From Hydrurus foetidus (Eukaryota): a DNA stretch of 47,634 nucleotides. Positions 12,162 through 24,696 of the stretch are shown here, one piece after another (within the stretch, counting starts at the first letter, position 1; each line of letters opens with the position of its first letter). Both the position numbers and the translations under genes were made by a program. The stretch is taken from positions 1-47,634 of the forward strand of contig UYFQ01000217.1 in NCBI GenBank assembly GCA_900617105.1, written 5' to 3'. Below the pieces are notes generated by a model. That model was not told where the DNA came from and searched no databases. It saw only the letters and a list, made by a program, of their open reading frames with translations.

Positions 12162-13962
12162 TTATACGAATGCAGGGACAATTTCCGGTTTCCTCGCCAC
12201 GTATACTCTGTGTGATCTGGATGCCTGATCCACCTCCGTTATCTCAAATCCAGCTTCTGCTAGGTCCACCTTGGGGTCCAGCTTCAGGAACTCCGCCATA
12301 TAGGGTTCTGTGCGTTTGTAAATGGCCGCCACGAAGGGGTTCTCCAGAAGGTTCTCGAGGTTTTCCTTGTCCAAGTCAAGCATTGTGAAGGACCCCCCTG
12401 GTTTCAATATACGAAATGCCTCCGCGAAAATGCTTTTCGAAACCTAAGAAATAAAGAAGGAGGAAGGCACAGAATACAAGTGCGATTGTTAGGGCCAATT
12501 CGTTCGATGGGTACTGTAGGTGATAAGTCTGTAAGGCAACGTTTTCCTGCTCTTACCCATTTGGGTGACTCATGGGCTACAAGGCAGAGGGAAACGAGAT
12601 CTTGGGAGTTGCTCTCCACTGGAGCATCTTCAGCGGGTGCGTGAATTAAAGTGTACTTGTTGCTCTTGGCAGTAGGCTGAAGGGATAGTGATGAAAGTGA
12701 CTATGTGAGATAATAGAGGGGGATCCTTGGTTGGATGACACTGAGTAATTGAGGGAGTGTCTGCGACTGGGCTTCCGTACGTACCATCATGGATTTCTTC
12801 TCTTGGCATACTGCTAACTTGAAAGTCGAAAGGTCGATGCCGGTGACTTTTTCGATGGACGGCCATTTAGAGTCGAGCATGTACATGGACAGACCGGTGC
12901 CGCACCCTAGGTCAGTGGCAGCCTTGGGGTTCGCCTTAATTGCTCTACATCATGGACAACAGATTTCACGTGACATGACATGTGAGGGGCGTGTGAGATG
13001 AGAGACAGGTATCATTGGTCTGCGCTGTACCTGTTGGTGATGGTGAGCCACTGCTGCCTCATCTGTACGTCTCCGTCAAGAGCATTGTTGTACAAAGGAG
13101 CGATCATCAGTTTGGACCAGAGGTCTTCCTCCATGGCAGACTCCCAGCATAAGTTACCTGAGGAGAAGCATCAATAATATGATTGAGATGTCAGATACTT
13201 GCGATAGTAGATACAAAGAGCGCATGCGATTTGTCGTGGATCATACCGTCTTTGTATGCATGAATAGGCGCGTAATAGTAGTCCGGTATCTTCAGGTTAG
13301 GGTCTTTGATATTATCGGCCATTACTCTCAATTGAGGAAGGGCCTCCCACTGCTCTGCCATGAAAGCAGTCCAAGCTAGGCCCATTTTCTCTGTAACATT
13401 ATAGCAGCCGTCAGTATGTTGTGCCCTTCACCAGGTCACCTACACCAGTAAAATGGTTGTACCTGATTTTTCAACAATTTGCTTTCGATAAACACCGAAC
13501 ATAATATCGTGAATTATGGGTATCCCGAATAGAAAGTCAAGTATCTTGAATGTTGGCGAGTCGAACATTGTGCCCTCGGCAGGAACGGTATCTGCACAAG
13601 ACAGGATTAGTGGAGGAGCTCATCGGTCGCAGACGGATGGGGAACATCAGCTGAGGAGTCACTGATGAGTTTCACATTGTGAAACATCAGCATTATTGAT
13701 TTCTGCACCTGTAACAGTTGGTGCTTCCGTCAGAGTGGTCGCTAATCTTCTATCAACTGATTTTATTTTCGCCATCACAGACCCTAGTTGTAGTTAATCA
13801 GTAAGCAATTAGAGGCGCCGACATTGTGCCAGTCCATCAGTTGCATCGACAATGATTGGCGGATCTACCATGCTGCTTATGAAATGACCGTGATGGACTG
13901 AATCCATTTATGCAAATTACAAGGGTGGCTAAGGCCAAAGTGACTGCACGTGCTCCAGACAT
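12162..13962 (-). CDS. Class I SAM-dependent methyltransferase, probably plastid-targeted, multi-exon
   Basis: Spliced PDYYYAPIHAYKDGNLCW, motif I DLGCGTG, GIDLS, CLVAHESP, LKPGGSFTMLDLD, TEPY. N-terminus is a signal peptide followed by NGF-SP, resembling a bipartite ochrophyte plastid leader. Confidence 0.85.
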
Positions 13963-14248
13963 CTCTCTCGTTTCACCGGTTGTTACAGCGCAATCAATGA
14001 ACTCTTTCAATTCGTTACCAGCACATGTCGTTAGGGTTGACACTATCAGGCTTTTTACAGAGGTAGTTGTTAAATTAGGTTGTTCGAAAGTAGCTGCAAG
14101 TTTCTTGAAGTTGAACGCAAATCATATCAATTGATTCGACATCCGATGCCAAATACGGTGTTTCCGGTTTTCTGGGGGAAAAGAATAAAAATAATAAAAA
14201 GATCTTGAATTGGATCTTGGTGACGTGTGTCAAAACTTTTTAATTGGC

Positions 14249-14710
14249 ACCTATTTTAAAAGTTACCAAAATTACAGAATTTCCACCAAATTTTGCAGAA
14301 TTAGTACTAAATGTACAAAAAGAATACCAAATTTACGGATTCTCATTGGGTACTTCAAAACGACTTCGAAAAATATTTAAAAAAATGTGTCGTAGGAGTT
14401 AGCGACTAGTAAACTAGTGCTTTAAAGAGAGGAGGCAACTTGGAGAAGGATAGTATCGAGAGGACCATGTTCGGTGTGATTTAAATGGATTTCAATTTTG
14501 AATTTACTTGAAAATTTTCAGTACAAAGTCATTTTTTAGGACTTGGTTGCATGCCAATGACACTACTGCAAGACAAGACATGACATCCTAGTTCCGCTTT
14601 CTGCGCGCTACAATGCTCTCTAAAACTCAATCCTGTAAAATTGGTACGAATTCGTTAAATTTGGTAACAATCATAACTTTTTAGTACGAATACGGTTTAT
14701 TCTAGTAGGT
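14249..14710. mobile_element. Degenerate MITE/foldback-like element
   Basis: Repeated ACCAAA(A)TT motifs at the left, inverted AAATT(T)GGTA copies at the right, ACCTA...TAGGT ends. Confidence 0.4.
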
Positions 14711-14721
14711 CATTATATTTT

Positions 14722-15060
14722 CCCGCCCAACAATTATTGATAATTAATTGCAATTATTTTTCAACAATTCAACAATAAATAGTTGTATCGTTCACCACTG
14801 CAAATTAATTGCACAATTAATTGCTCCTGTTAGTCCTCAGATTTCCAATATAATTGCACAATTAATTGCACAATTTGTTGTAAATCCAAATTGTACATGG
14901 AATAATTGTTAACTTTTTTGCAATTAATTGTGAATTTTATAATTAATTGCAATTAATTAAATAATTGTACAATAATTGATAATTGGTCGGTAGCGCATAA
15001 TAATTGCAATTATTGATTGTCAAGCTAGCGGACCCTCATAGTTAAATTGCAATTAATTTT
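14722..15060. repeat. AT-rich array of CAATTAATTG-type palindromes, possibly a MITE
   Basis: Many CAATT/AATTG units; imperfect inverted ends CCGCCCAACAATTATTG (14723) / CAATAATTGATAATTGGTCGG (to 14990). Confidence 0.55.
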
Positions 15061-15581
15061 TTTACATGCTTGCGTGGGCTCTCTATACATTGGTACAACG
15101 TAGACTGAAGGTGGTTGGGACGTTTTCAAGTTCGACGCGCGCGGAGAAGGAATGGCCTAATGACAAGAAACTCGTGATCGAACTGAAATTGCGCCATCGA
15201 GTCATTGACATATATGGCTTGTGCATATACAAACACACGCAAGGTTTATTAATTTTTCAGTAACCAGCGTTTTCGATCTAATTTTCTTCATAAGTCACCA
15301 ACGGTATGGTAGAGTTACATTCGAAATCAATATCACCTGTTCACATCCATCGTAGTATGTAGCACGTAGAAAAAGAGGGGGATGAAGAGGTGTACAGGTG
15401 AATTAATTACATATGTAAGTGATGAGTCAGCTGGCGAAGTGCAGCTGCGTGATGGTTAAAAACACGATCAACATGGATAATTGGGTGGATCGTGCAGCTT
15501 CTGGTAATGTTGCTTGGATGATCGCTCTGTCTGTAATTCATGCCCGACCAGAACCCGAATCCAACCGACCCCAACCGACCC

Positions 15582-15817
15582 CTACATGGAGATGTCGGAT
15601 GGTAATGCGACCGCTTTGAGCACACCCAAGGGGCCCACCCTGTGTATGGAGTCCAGGGCAGAGGGACTTCGAGCCAGCAGCAGCCCTACAAACCCTGCGA
15701 ATGGGATGGAAGAATAGATAAGCATCGATAAATCATACCTAAATTAAAACAGAAATTTTCACATACGTAGCAACAGCCAATCAGGATTCATCCATCATGG
15801 CCTTGGACTTCAATTCC

Positions 15818-15850
<33 letters not shown>

Positions 15851-17976
15851 CAAACACACACACACACCTAATCCATTGACCGTGACGAGGTGCTCGTATG
15901 CTCCTTCAGCGCGGGGCACAGCCATCATCCATCTGCTGGTCAAGATCAAGTTGTAGGCGAGACAGTAGGGCTGCTCAACTTCAACTTCCTCTTCATTTTC
16001 GATGTTCTCACCTCCTTGACCCCCAGTGTTCCCTCTTAACTTGTCCCTTTCTGCTTGCGGGAAATCGTCATCTCCCTCTAAGCTGTGAGTGAGGTGCCTC
16101 GACCTCCCTCTATCTCTGTCTCTGTCATTGCTGCCGCTGCTATGGCAGTCTGACTGTCGCATGTCCATACTGGCCATGAGATCTCTGTACGTGTTCTTGA
16201 GATATACGGAGTAAGAGGGCAACCTGTGAGCGGGAGGGGTCCGTTTGTTGCTCTCCGACCATGTTAGGGGGTCGAGTAAAACCGCTATTCCGTGAACAAA
16301 CGAAAACTGCAATTGTGTCGATGGCAGGGCACGTTGGTGATTGTTAATTGAATGAATTGACATATTATGGTGCAACAGTGCGATGCACTTGAGAGAAATA
16401 AAGCCTCACCTGAGGCAGCTTGTGGATCACGTAGGAGGAAGACGAAGAAGAGGAGGAGGAAGGCGTGGTCGCTGTGTTGTAGGACCGCACATCAGGGAGT
16501 GGAATATACGGCTCCCAGATATTGGACAGAATAAACGGCATGATTACATCATCAACGGGTAGGGCCTGCATGCACGATGGATAGCAGCCAGGTCAGATCA
16601 TATGAGATGAGGTGTGATTAGGTCAGAACAAGTCATGTGAGGAGAGATCAGATCATACCAGATCAGATCTGATATGATCACATCAAGACATGTTAAGTAT
16701 GATAGGTTAAATGACAAATCATAACGCGTCACTCGCCGAATATCTAGATCCTTTCACCCGGAAGTACATTATGTTCTTATTTCAGAAACATCAGATTAGC
16801 TCTTGTGGTGCTCACATGAGTTGCTCCCGATGGCCTCAACTTGGATATGGACTGGAGTGGCACTAGCTGCATGTGTTTGTGTAGCTGAGATGCCCCCGCA
16901 TTGAGTGCGGAGTTGTAGAATCCGACAGACGCGGTCTGGTCCAAGGTCCACGCCCACGTCTCCAGGTCGGAGTAGGAGAGCGGTGTGGACTGCAGCTGCC
17001 ATGATGATGTCACCAGCAACGCCTGTCGTGTCGTATCATATTGTATCTTAAGTGAAGAACAGTGCAAGAAGGTCTCTCCTACACAATTCATGCATTCAAT
17101 AAGACAGCCAAAGAGGCATCAGCAGCGCACAGTGAGGATGATGCACTGCTCACATGTTCTTCCAGGGAGAAGTACTTGTTGAGCAGTAGCGAGTACTCCG
17201 GAGGAATATCTGCCACGAACAGTCTACTGTCTCTGCTCTCAGGTGCGAAGGGGTCCGAAACCTTTCCTGCGACACCTTTTCCAGGACTGTCGGGTACGAT
17301 GGGGCACAGGAATAATCAATTGAACAGCGGAGGAAAACAGAAGAGTGCTGAATCTAATAGCAAGTTGTGATATGAAAATGACCTTATCACTGATTTTTCG
17401 ACACCATCTTTCTTCTTCTCGACCTTCGCATTGTCTTCAGCGACGAAAATCAGAAACTAAAAAGTTTGAATCATTATGTAAAGTATTTCGGCAGGTATCA
17501 ATATCAGATTGTGATTCGTCCGTACAATGTTAATCAATTTGTTGACGGAGAAGGCATTGAACTGCACAAACGAAAGAAATAACATTCAGTTCAGAGAAGG
17601 ATCTCGCGTTCAGTACCTCCATATTGTTATCGGTGGCCGGGTCGATTCGAGCGATTGCGATACGATTTAGGGCACCTTCATTTACAGCGTTAGTAGCAAC
17701 AGAATGCAGGACATGGTGAAGTTTCTTTGGTCTGATAAAGGCTTGTCTCTCTCCCCCAGGTCGAGGTCGCTGAAAATTTTGTGCCAAAAATATCGCGTAG
17801 ACTAGAAGGAAAATCAGTGCGACGCCAAAAACTTTCAAGAAAACTCCGTCAAACAGATAGCTGATAGCGTGAGTCTCAATCGATGGAAAGACCGTAAACG
17901 GTGTGACATCCTCTAAATCATCATCTTTCGTCGAGATTGACATCTTCCTCATATTCTCCTTCTCGAAAGTTACCAT
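15582..17976 (-). CDS. ATP adenylyltransferase / Ap4A phosphorylase-like (HIT-related) protein with N-terminal transmembrane helix
   Basis: Spliced motifs PF, LLLNKY, GFYNSALNAGASQLHKHMQLVP, FSFVH, YNLILTSRWMMAVPR, VNGLGFAGLV, GPLGVLKAVA; hydrophobic VFLKVFGVALIFLLVYAIFLA in exon 1. Confidence 0.85.
15822..15867. repeat. (CA)n microsatellite in an intron
   Basis: Directly visible, with one interruption. Confidence 0.9.
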
Positions 17977-19255
17977 TTTCGATGCTAGTGAGAAACTGCA
18001 ATCAAACAAGTAGCATTGATGTTTTTTCTAAGAATCTGCAGGAGGTGACTATTGTTTCTTGATTCTGTAATGGAGAAACATCCAACGGTACAGCAGTATA
18101 CAGCAAGTAACAAACCCTCCTTCGCTCATCAAGACAAGGGGGTAGTTTGCGTAAACGGAAATATCCGGCTGGAACCCAAGGGTTCGGAGATTTACCCCCT
18201 TCAAATTTCAAATTTCAAATTTCCGCCTCAAATTGACGAATCTCGGATATTATATTTCCGAGATCTTTCCGTTTGCGCGAACACTCTAATATAGAGTGAT
18301 TTACCTGTATAAGCACACCTGATTTCAAAAAATTCTAGAACTCAGAGTTTCTATCACACACTAATTATGAGTACGTTTTTGAACTTGTCTCTGTCTGAAG
18401 AAAAATGTAGGCTACTCTGATGACGGGAAATGCTTCATGTCAGGGGAATCTAAATGACGGATGCCACCCCTGTGCTTAAATAGAATTAATAAGCTGAAAT
18501 ACACGGAAATTGATGAAAATCCGTGGCGAAGTAACCTGTTACGGATTTCATTTTACCGTATTTTAACGGGACACGGCTAGAAATATCCCGTCTTCGGTAA
18601 ACATTTTACCGAAGACGGAATGATATGGTCAAGTATTGGTGCCCTAATGACGTTGCTGAATATAGTGCATGGGTTTTGATAAGGTTTTAAAGTTGTTTAG
18701 TTATTATTGTAGGGAAATTTCGAATCGCTCTTACAAAATATGGAATACAGAATACAAATTATATAATTAAGATTCGTATTCCAGGAAATCTAGTATATTC
18801 TTAATTGAAAATTAAGAAGCAATAGGTAAACCACTCTAGATAGAAGGACCCCTTGATCAAGACAACACTATATTTTTTTTTTTTTTTTTGAATGTACTCC
18901 GTACGACGTTGTTCACAGAAGACAGGAAACAGGGGATTTAAGATTAAAGCTTTGGAGATTTAAAAGGTATGTTGCTTCCGAATGAGAGGAGTACAACCTC
19001 ACCCTATCTCAGATTCAATCTGGATAAGTGCTATAATTTGAAAGTACTGGAGGTAACCAATTCATACGCCAACTGATATTACTTGGCCCCATTCACGCAA
19101 AAATGCTTCCAGCACTGCGTGCAGGTGCACGTCGACTACGAGATATAGAGAGATAGTGCAGAGTGCAGATCCATAGATGGATACGCACTGTAGATACCGT
19201 ACAGTGTACAGAACACGTACTGTAGATACCGTACAGTTTACAGAATGTTGCACAG

Positions 19256-20720
19256 GTAGAACGAAGGGAAGGCGAAGGGAAGGAGAAGGGTTTTTTTATC
19301 CGGCTTATTTCCTTCATGGAGGAAAACTCCATTTATGAAGGAAAATCTTTTTGTATCCTTCGAATGCTTTGTCCTTTGCGAACAACTGCGAACGCTCGAA
19401 CATTTATAAACGATCACTCAGTATTACCTGCGAATGATTTTTCCTTTGTTCTTTTGTTCAACTTATGCGAAGGATAATGACTTCTATGCTGCAAAATTAA
19501 GCAACACAGAAAGGTCTACTGATTTTTCTGCATGCCAACGTAATACTGTCATATATCTAAATCTACATTGCTCATAATCCAAGTGCTGTTCGACATTCGA
19601 TTCAGTCGCTCAATCTTTAATCTCCGGAATCGAAATCCTTCGAAGGAAGCCTTCGAGTGATTGGCGTTCCACGACAAAATTCCTTCGCAAATGCTTCTAA
19701 AAATTTACCCCTCGAAAGGAAAATTTCTAGCGAATGATTTGGAATGATAAGCATTCGGAGGAAGAATCCCTTACCAATGATTTCCGTGATTTGGCATTCG
19801 AAGGGAAATCGTTTGCAAATGTTTAGTAAAAGTACGAATTTACCCCTCAACCTTGGCATTTCGCGATTGTGCTGGCATTTTCCCGGCACTTTTTAGCCCT
19901 GTAGGGAATTTGGATAATGCTAGCATTATTCAGTGGCACTTTTCAAACTTTATTGCACTCAAGTGGCACGATGAAATGTTAAGTGGCATTTTTCCTCTCG
20001 GGAGTGGCATTCTTGGATGCCACTCGCAACTTCTAGGTGAAACTGTAGCATTATTTGTAAGAAGTAGCATTATTAGTATATATGGATTAGCATATATTAT
20101 TTTTAGACTCTGTAAAGACAGTAACAGTCGTGTAGGCATTTAAAAAGAGTGTATGGTATAGGGGTAAACGATGCCGGCGTGGCGCGCGGAAGGGTCCCTT
20201 TTTCCTCGCCTTTTTGCACATTTTTTTTCCAAACTATGCCTTTGATAAGGCGTCTGCTGAAGATCTCCTGGCACCAGCAGAAGAATCGGTCGCTATTGCG
20301 TCATCAATATCTACTTTATCGGTGATGATTAGATATAACGAAAACTATCGTAATCCAAATTAAGATGTTCCATATTATCAATTAAATTAAATGTCTTTTC
20401 CCCTTGTCCGTATTAAAACATCATAATCTGTGCAGAAAATGGTATGAGTTGAAAGGCATTAAAATCGCTTCAGTAGAATTGTTAAATTTCTGGGTGGCAT
20501 TATTAGGTCTTGCAGTGGCATTATAAGAACGTCAAATGGCATTATGAGATCATGAACTGGCACTTCCCCTCTAAAACAGGCCTAAAAAAGACCAAAATAA
20601 TGCTAGCATTATCTCAAAATTGAGTGGCACAATCGCGAATAGCCAACCTCAACCTCACCTTTCGCCTTTCGCCTCCATGCGAAAAACGAAAAACGTACGA
20701 AGGCATTGCCTTCGTTCTAC
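19256..20720. mobile_element. Outer non-autonomous TIR element (possibly Tc1/mariner-pogo type) containing a nested hAT-like insertion
   Basis: GTAGAACGAAGG at 19256 and CCTTCGTTCTAC ending at 20720; many internal CGAAGG/TTCG motifs on both sides of the nested element; no clean TSD. Confidence 0.55.
19853..20646. mobile_element. Non-autonomous hAT-like element, 794 bp, 8-bp TSD
   Basis: TIRs TTGGCATTTCGCGATTGTGC / GCACAATCGCGAATAGCCAA; perfect TSD CCTCAACC (19845-19852, 20647-20654); many TGGCA(T/C)T subterminal repeats; palindrome ATAATGCTAGCATTAT near both ends. Confidence 0.85.
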
Positions 20721-20939
20721 GGTACCTATGGAATGTCGGCATGTTTCTAATATTTAACCGTATTTTACGGTTCTTTCCAAATGACATAAACCTACCCGAG
20801 ATCGAGATCAATTCGAAGTTTCATCAAGATATCTCTTCATAACGAAGAATCGCAACAACTCTAACGCATCATCCCGAGACCTCAAAGAGCTTCTCCACTG
20901 TCGGACAGCATTGCACAGCCAGCAGTTTAGAAATCAAAG

Positions 20940-21265
20940 ATGGAGGTGAATGTCATCATCTTACCTGTAGATGTATAGATAGATCATCTTCGCTTTATCT
21001 TCTGCTAACAAATGGATCTCCGAATATATTTCTAATCGTGTATTAGATTCCTTACTCGAGCCCAGTATCGACCAGCTCCTATCCTTTTCTGGGTACACTT
21101 TTCGTGGTCGCGGGGTTCTCTGTAATGGCGGCTTTCTTTATTTATATCATGAGAGGAAAAGAGAAGAGTTATTTGGCAGTAGAGGTTCTTATTGGAGCCG
21201 TCTCTTCACTTCTACTGGGATTCGGAACTTTATTCATGATGTGCAATTTCGGATTATATGTTTAA
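20940..21265 (+). CDS. OST5: Oligosaccharyltransferase subunit OST5/TMEM258, 2 exons
   Basis: ME / IPYSSPVSTSSYPFLGTLFVVAGFSVMAAFFIYIMRGKEKSYLAVEVLIGAVSSLLLGFGTLFMMCNFGLYV*; two TM helices and the typical GFG..F.....GxYV end. Absent from the ORF track. Confidence 0.9.
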
Positions 21266-21781
21266 TTAATTTGGATCAAGTTTAAAAGTTGTCATACGAT
21301 TAGATTTCTGATACTTGGAAAATGACATGCGACACCTTCTTATGTCTTATATTCTTTTTGTGGGTGAATTATAAGATTTTACTGCAGCTCTGAGTGGATC
21401 TTTAGATAGCTATGATTTCTATGTTCTGGGCTGCGACATCTGTCATTGGATAGATGCTTCTCGAGGAGGCTTTCGAGACGACGGGATGAGATTTTGAGCT
21501 ATGGAAATGAGGGCCAACCCAGCTAATGTGTCTCGCACCAAATTGAGAACAAGAGTAAATCGAGAGATATTCTGCTTTGCTTCGCGAGAAGAAGAGTATC
21601 TTCGAAGTATTTCCGAACCGTAAACTTCCATAGAAGTCCAGGGGTCCGAGAGAATGTTACGAGAACCAAATCTGGACTGCGAGTACTGATGTTAGACAGA
21701 ACTATTACAAAAACAAATTGGCTGCAAATTAACCCTGAACCAATCAGGATGCAGCGTCTGCTTTTCTCGGACCATGTGCGC

Positions 21782-22972
21782 TCACGCACTCCTCAGTATC
21801 TTTCGATACTGCAAATTTACAACTAAATCCGAGCTGGTTGATGTTGATGTCTCGCCGCCGCCACTTTGTTTATCCAACCGGCTTATCAGCGCTGTTGCTG
21901 ACTGCACAACCCCGTCTCTTAATACTTCTATGTCTTCAGGCGGGAATGCGACATTTTCTCCCATTCTCCTGTGGATGAATCTCTGTATTTTCGCAACCGA
22001 CACGGATTTCGAAGTGACCCTCAGTAAAGGCCTTGTTAAGGCCGGCAACAAAGTCAATAAAGCGGAAGGCGACCCGGGAGATGTGAGGGAAGCATCGAGA
22101 GGCTCCACCCTCAGCGTGAGAGCATTCGCTCCATCCACTACCTCTTCAGTGCCCACCTTCTTGACCGCACCTGTTCCGCTGCTGCTTGAAGCCTGCAAGC
22201 TTGAACATGAGCTCTGATTGGCTGCGCCGGAAAATTTCTTTGGTGGATGGTCAGACTCGGCATTCGGTAGGGATCTCTTGTTGGTTGGAGGGGGTAGCAG
22301 ACGCGGTCTCTCAGGTGCGTTCACACTGGCGGCGTCCTCCTTGTCACAGGCAGCGTAAAACTGATCCTCCAATATCTTGTCCTTAGAATTAGCATAAATT
22401 TGTGGTTAATAATACTGCAAGAGTCGTGTGCTTGACAAAATTTCAAGTTTGTCTACCTGCAGCGCGAAATGTGGAAATATTTTATCGACTAGAGCTTGCA
22501 AATTCCGATCATACACCACCTTTTCGTATGGTCGAAGTCCTAAATTAAACTGTAATTCATCAGAGAGGTAAATTGATAAATCTACGGTAGTCAATGGAAG
22601 GAAACATGAATTGGAGTTGAATGTCGAGAAACTTCCAACGAAAATCAATTAAATGACAGTTCCGAGAAATAAGAAGTAAATTGAAGTCCTGCTGATTTTT
22701 TTTCCAGAGATTTCTATCGCAGAGGCGATATCAATATGCAATGAAAATTTCTCTCGCCCACTAGCTACCTTGCAGCTTGGGCAACTTTTGGCGTCTTTTA
22801 ATGCCTTTTTGGCGAATTCCTTGAACAGGCAACTTTTGCAGAAAGTATGTAGACAGTCGGGAACTGTATGTGCCTCCCTGAAGTATCCTTCACAGAGGGG
22901 GCATACCAAATGACTATTTAAATCTTTCAAGAAGAATTTTAGTCGTCCTGCATTCGACTCAGATATCGACAT
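21782..22972 (-). CDS. Polycomb group RING finger (PCGF/BMI1/PSC-like) protein, 3 exons
   Basis: KDLNSHLVCPLCEGYFREAHTVPDCLHTFCKSC...CPSC, then DRNLQALVDKIFP; C-terminal segment resembles RAWUL (LTRPLLRVTSKSVSVAKIQRFI...DIEVL). Confidence 0.85.
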
Positions 22973-23186
22973 TGCTCGTCAACCCCCTTTCTTCAACTGT
23001 GATCCATCGAATCAAGCGTAATTTGCTGAATGCAAAAATTCACTCCAAACATTGCTACCCCTCCGCATTCCGTTGAGTCATGTCAGATGATTCAATGATG
23101 AGAGGATTATTTGTCGAAAAGCATGAAGTTCCCAACCCCTGGGAAGGACATTGCTCCACACTCCACACTCCACATTCCACATATAA

Positions 23187-23331
23187 TCTGCGTTATACGC
23201 AAACACGCAAACTGGATGATTTTTGCGTATATACACGAACTTTACGTGTAATATGCGTATGCGTATATACGCAATTCTCGAAAATGTGCGTATTGCGTAT
23301 ATATTTTTCCACTTTTTTGCGTATGGGCAGA
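23187..23331. mobile_element. Small MITE-like element built from TGCGTAT repeats
   Basis: Imperfect inverted ends TCTGCGTTATACGCAAA / TTTGCGTATGGGCAGA; internal TGCGTAT/ATACGCA repeats. Confidence 0.5.
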
Positions 23332-23700
23332 CGCAGCACATGATATCTATAATATGGATGCAGCTAGATGGCTTCTGGACTCTGGACCGCATATCGGAAT
23401 CATACCCTCTCTCGCCTTTTGATGCTGTACGAACAAAATCATCCTGAGCCGTGTGAGGTGAGCTGAATGCTGAAAATATTGAACACATTTCACCGCTATA
23501 TTATAACCTGGCACGTGATAGGTGTCATATGAATGATAGGTGTCATATGAAAATTGAAAATTTTGAACTAGAACGTTTTCAATGATGTACCACCTCTCTG
23601 ATTTTCAAATCTTCGACGTGAAAATCATACCTAACTTGTGTTCTTTTTTCTAAAAATGTGATATCAATAGGTACATCTTAAAGCCACAAATTGCATCGAA

Positions 23701-24696
23701 ATGTCACAGGAAGCTCCAACTCGATTGAGCAGGGGAGTAGGAGAATCGTCTACTCTCATTCTCTTAATGGTATGGAATGATATAGTTACCAATGGAGGAA
23801 AGCAAAGCATTTCTCAGACCGAGCAGTCAATCAAAGCAAGAGCTGTTAAGTGGGTTAATGAGCTCTTCGACAGCTACAAATATATATCATTGCTCTTCGA
23901 AGCAATGAGGGCTCGTGTTGATAAAGATACTGGTGTCCAAATGCTACGGAAGGCCAAGGATGCGGCGGCTTTCATCATAAACGTCCTGAATCTGGAAGAA
24001 TCCAATAGCATTTGCTTAGAAACTCAATTAGAATCGCTACGAGGATGAGAAGGAGAGAACGGCCTTGAGGCGGAATGCCGATTACACCATTCGTAGATTT
24101 GATCCCAACTGGCAGATCAGGGAATGGCTCGCCTTCCGCTACGTGGGCATATCCTCTGGAAGGTACCGTAGCTTAGATGAATCCATTATTTCTTTCTCAT
24201 TAATCACATCTGCTCATGTCGTTCATGCAGAGCGAGATGTATCCAAATCTTAAAAACTCCTGTCCCACGTAGCGGGCCAGCGAAGTCGAGAAGAGCGGAT
24301 AAAGCGATCCCCACTGACGTCACGAGAGAGGGAGAGAACATGGCCGTTACGAGTGGTCGCAATCAATATCGATTGGCAAATCTGGAGACACAAATTTCCG
24401 CAAAGATTCCTGACACCGATGCCGAACTGTCGATTTTGTCGCAAATCATAGTAGAGCATGAGAAATTTCTTACACTATTGAAGTGAGCGGAGGAGAAGGA
24501 GCGAGTGATGATGATGGTCGATCTGGGCAAACAGCTGTCTGACGTCCCTGAATCTGAGAAGGCAGCCGACATGAGGGAGCTGTACAACTTCTTAAAGCGG
24601 CCATTTGATGAGGTGCAGCCTGACAGGCCCACTTGTGATGCGAAGCAAAATAAACTCTCTTCTGATGCTAATAACCCTTACTCAACCCCTTTTTAG
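23701..24696 (+). pseudogene. Disrupted gene of unknown function, probably within a Harbinger-like element
   Basis: ORFs at 23701, 24065 and 24505 join into one reading with a frameshift near 23990, an intron ~24163-24230 and three in-frame stops. GTGAATTTTAGCC ending at 24778 matches the Harbinger MITE TIR at 3551-3563. Confidence 0.5.

Noticed and set aside
18873..18889. Poly-T17 as the tail of an antisense retroposon
   Set aside because: No TSD, pol III boxes or ORF remnant found.
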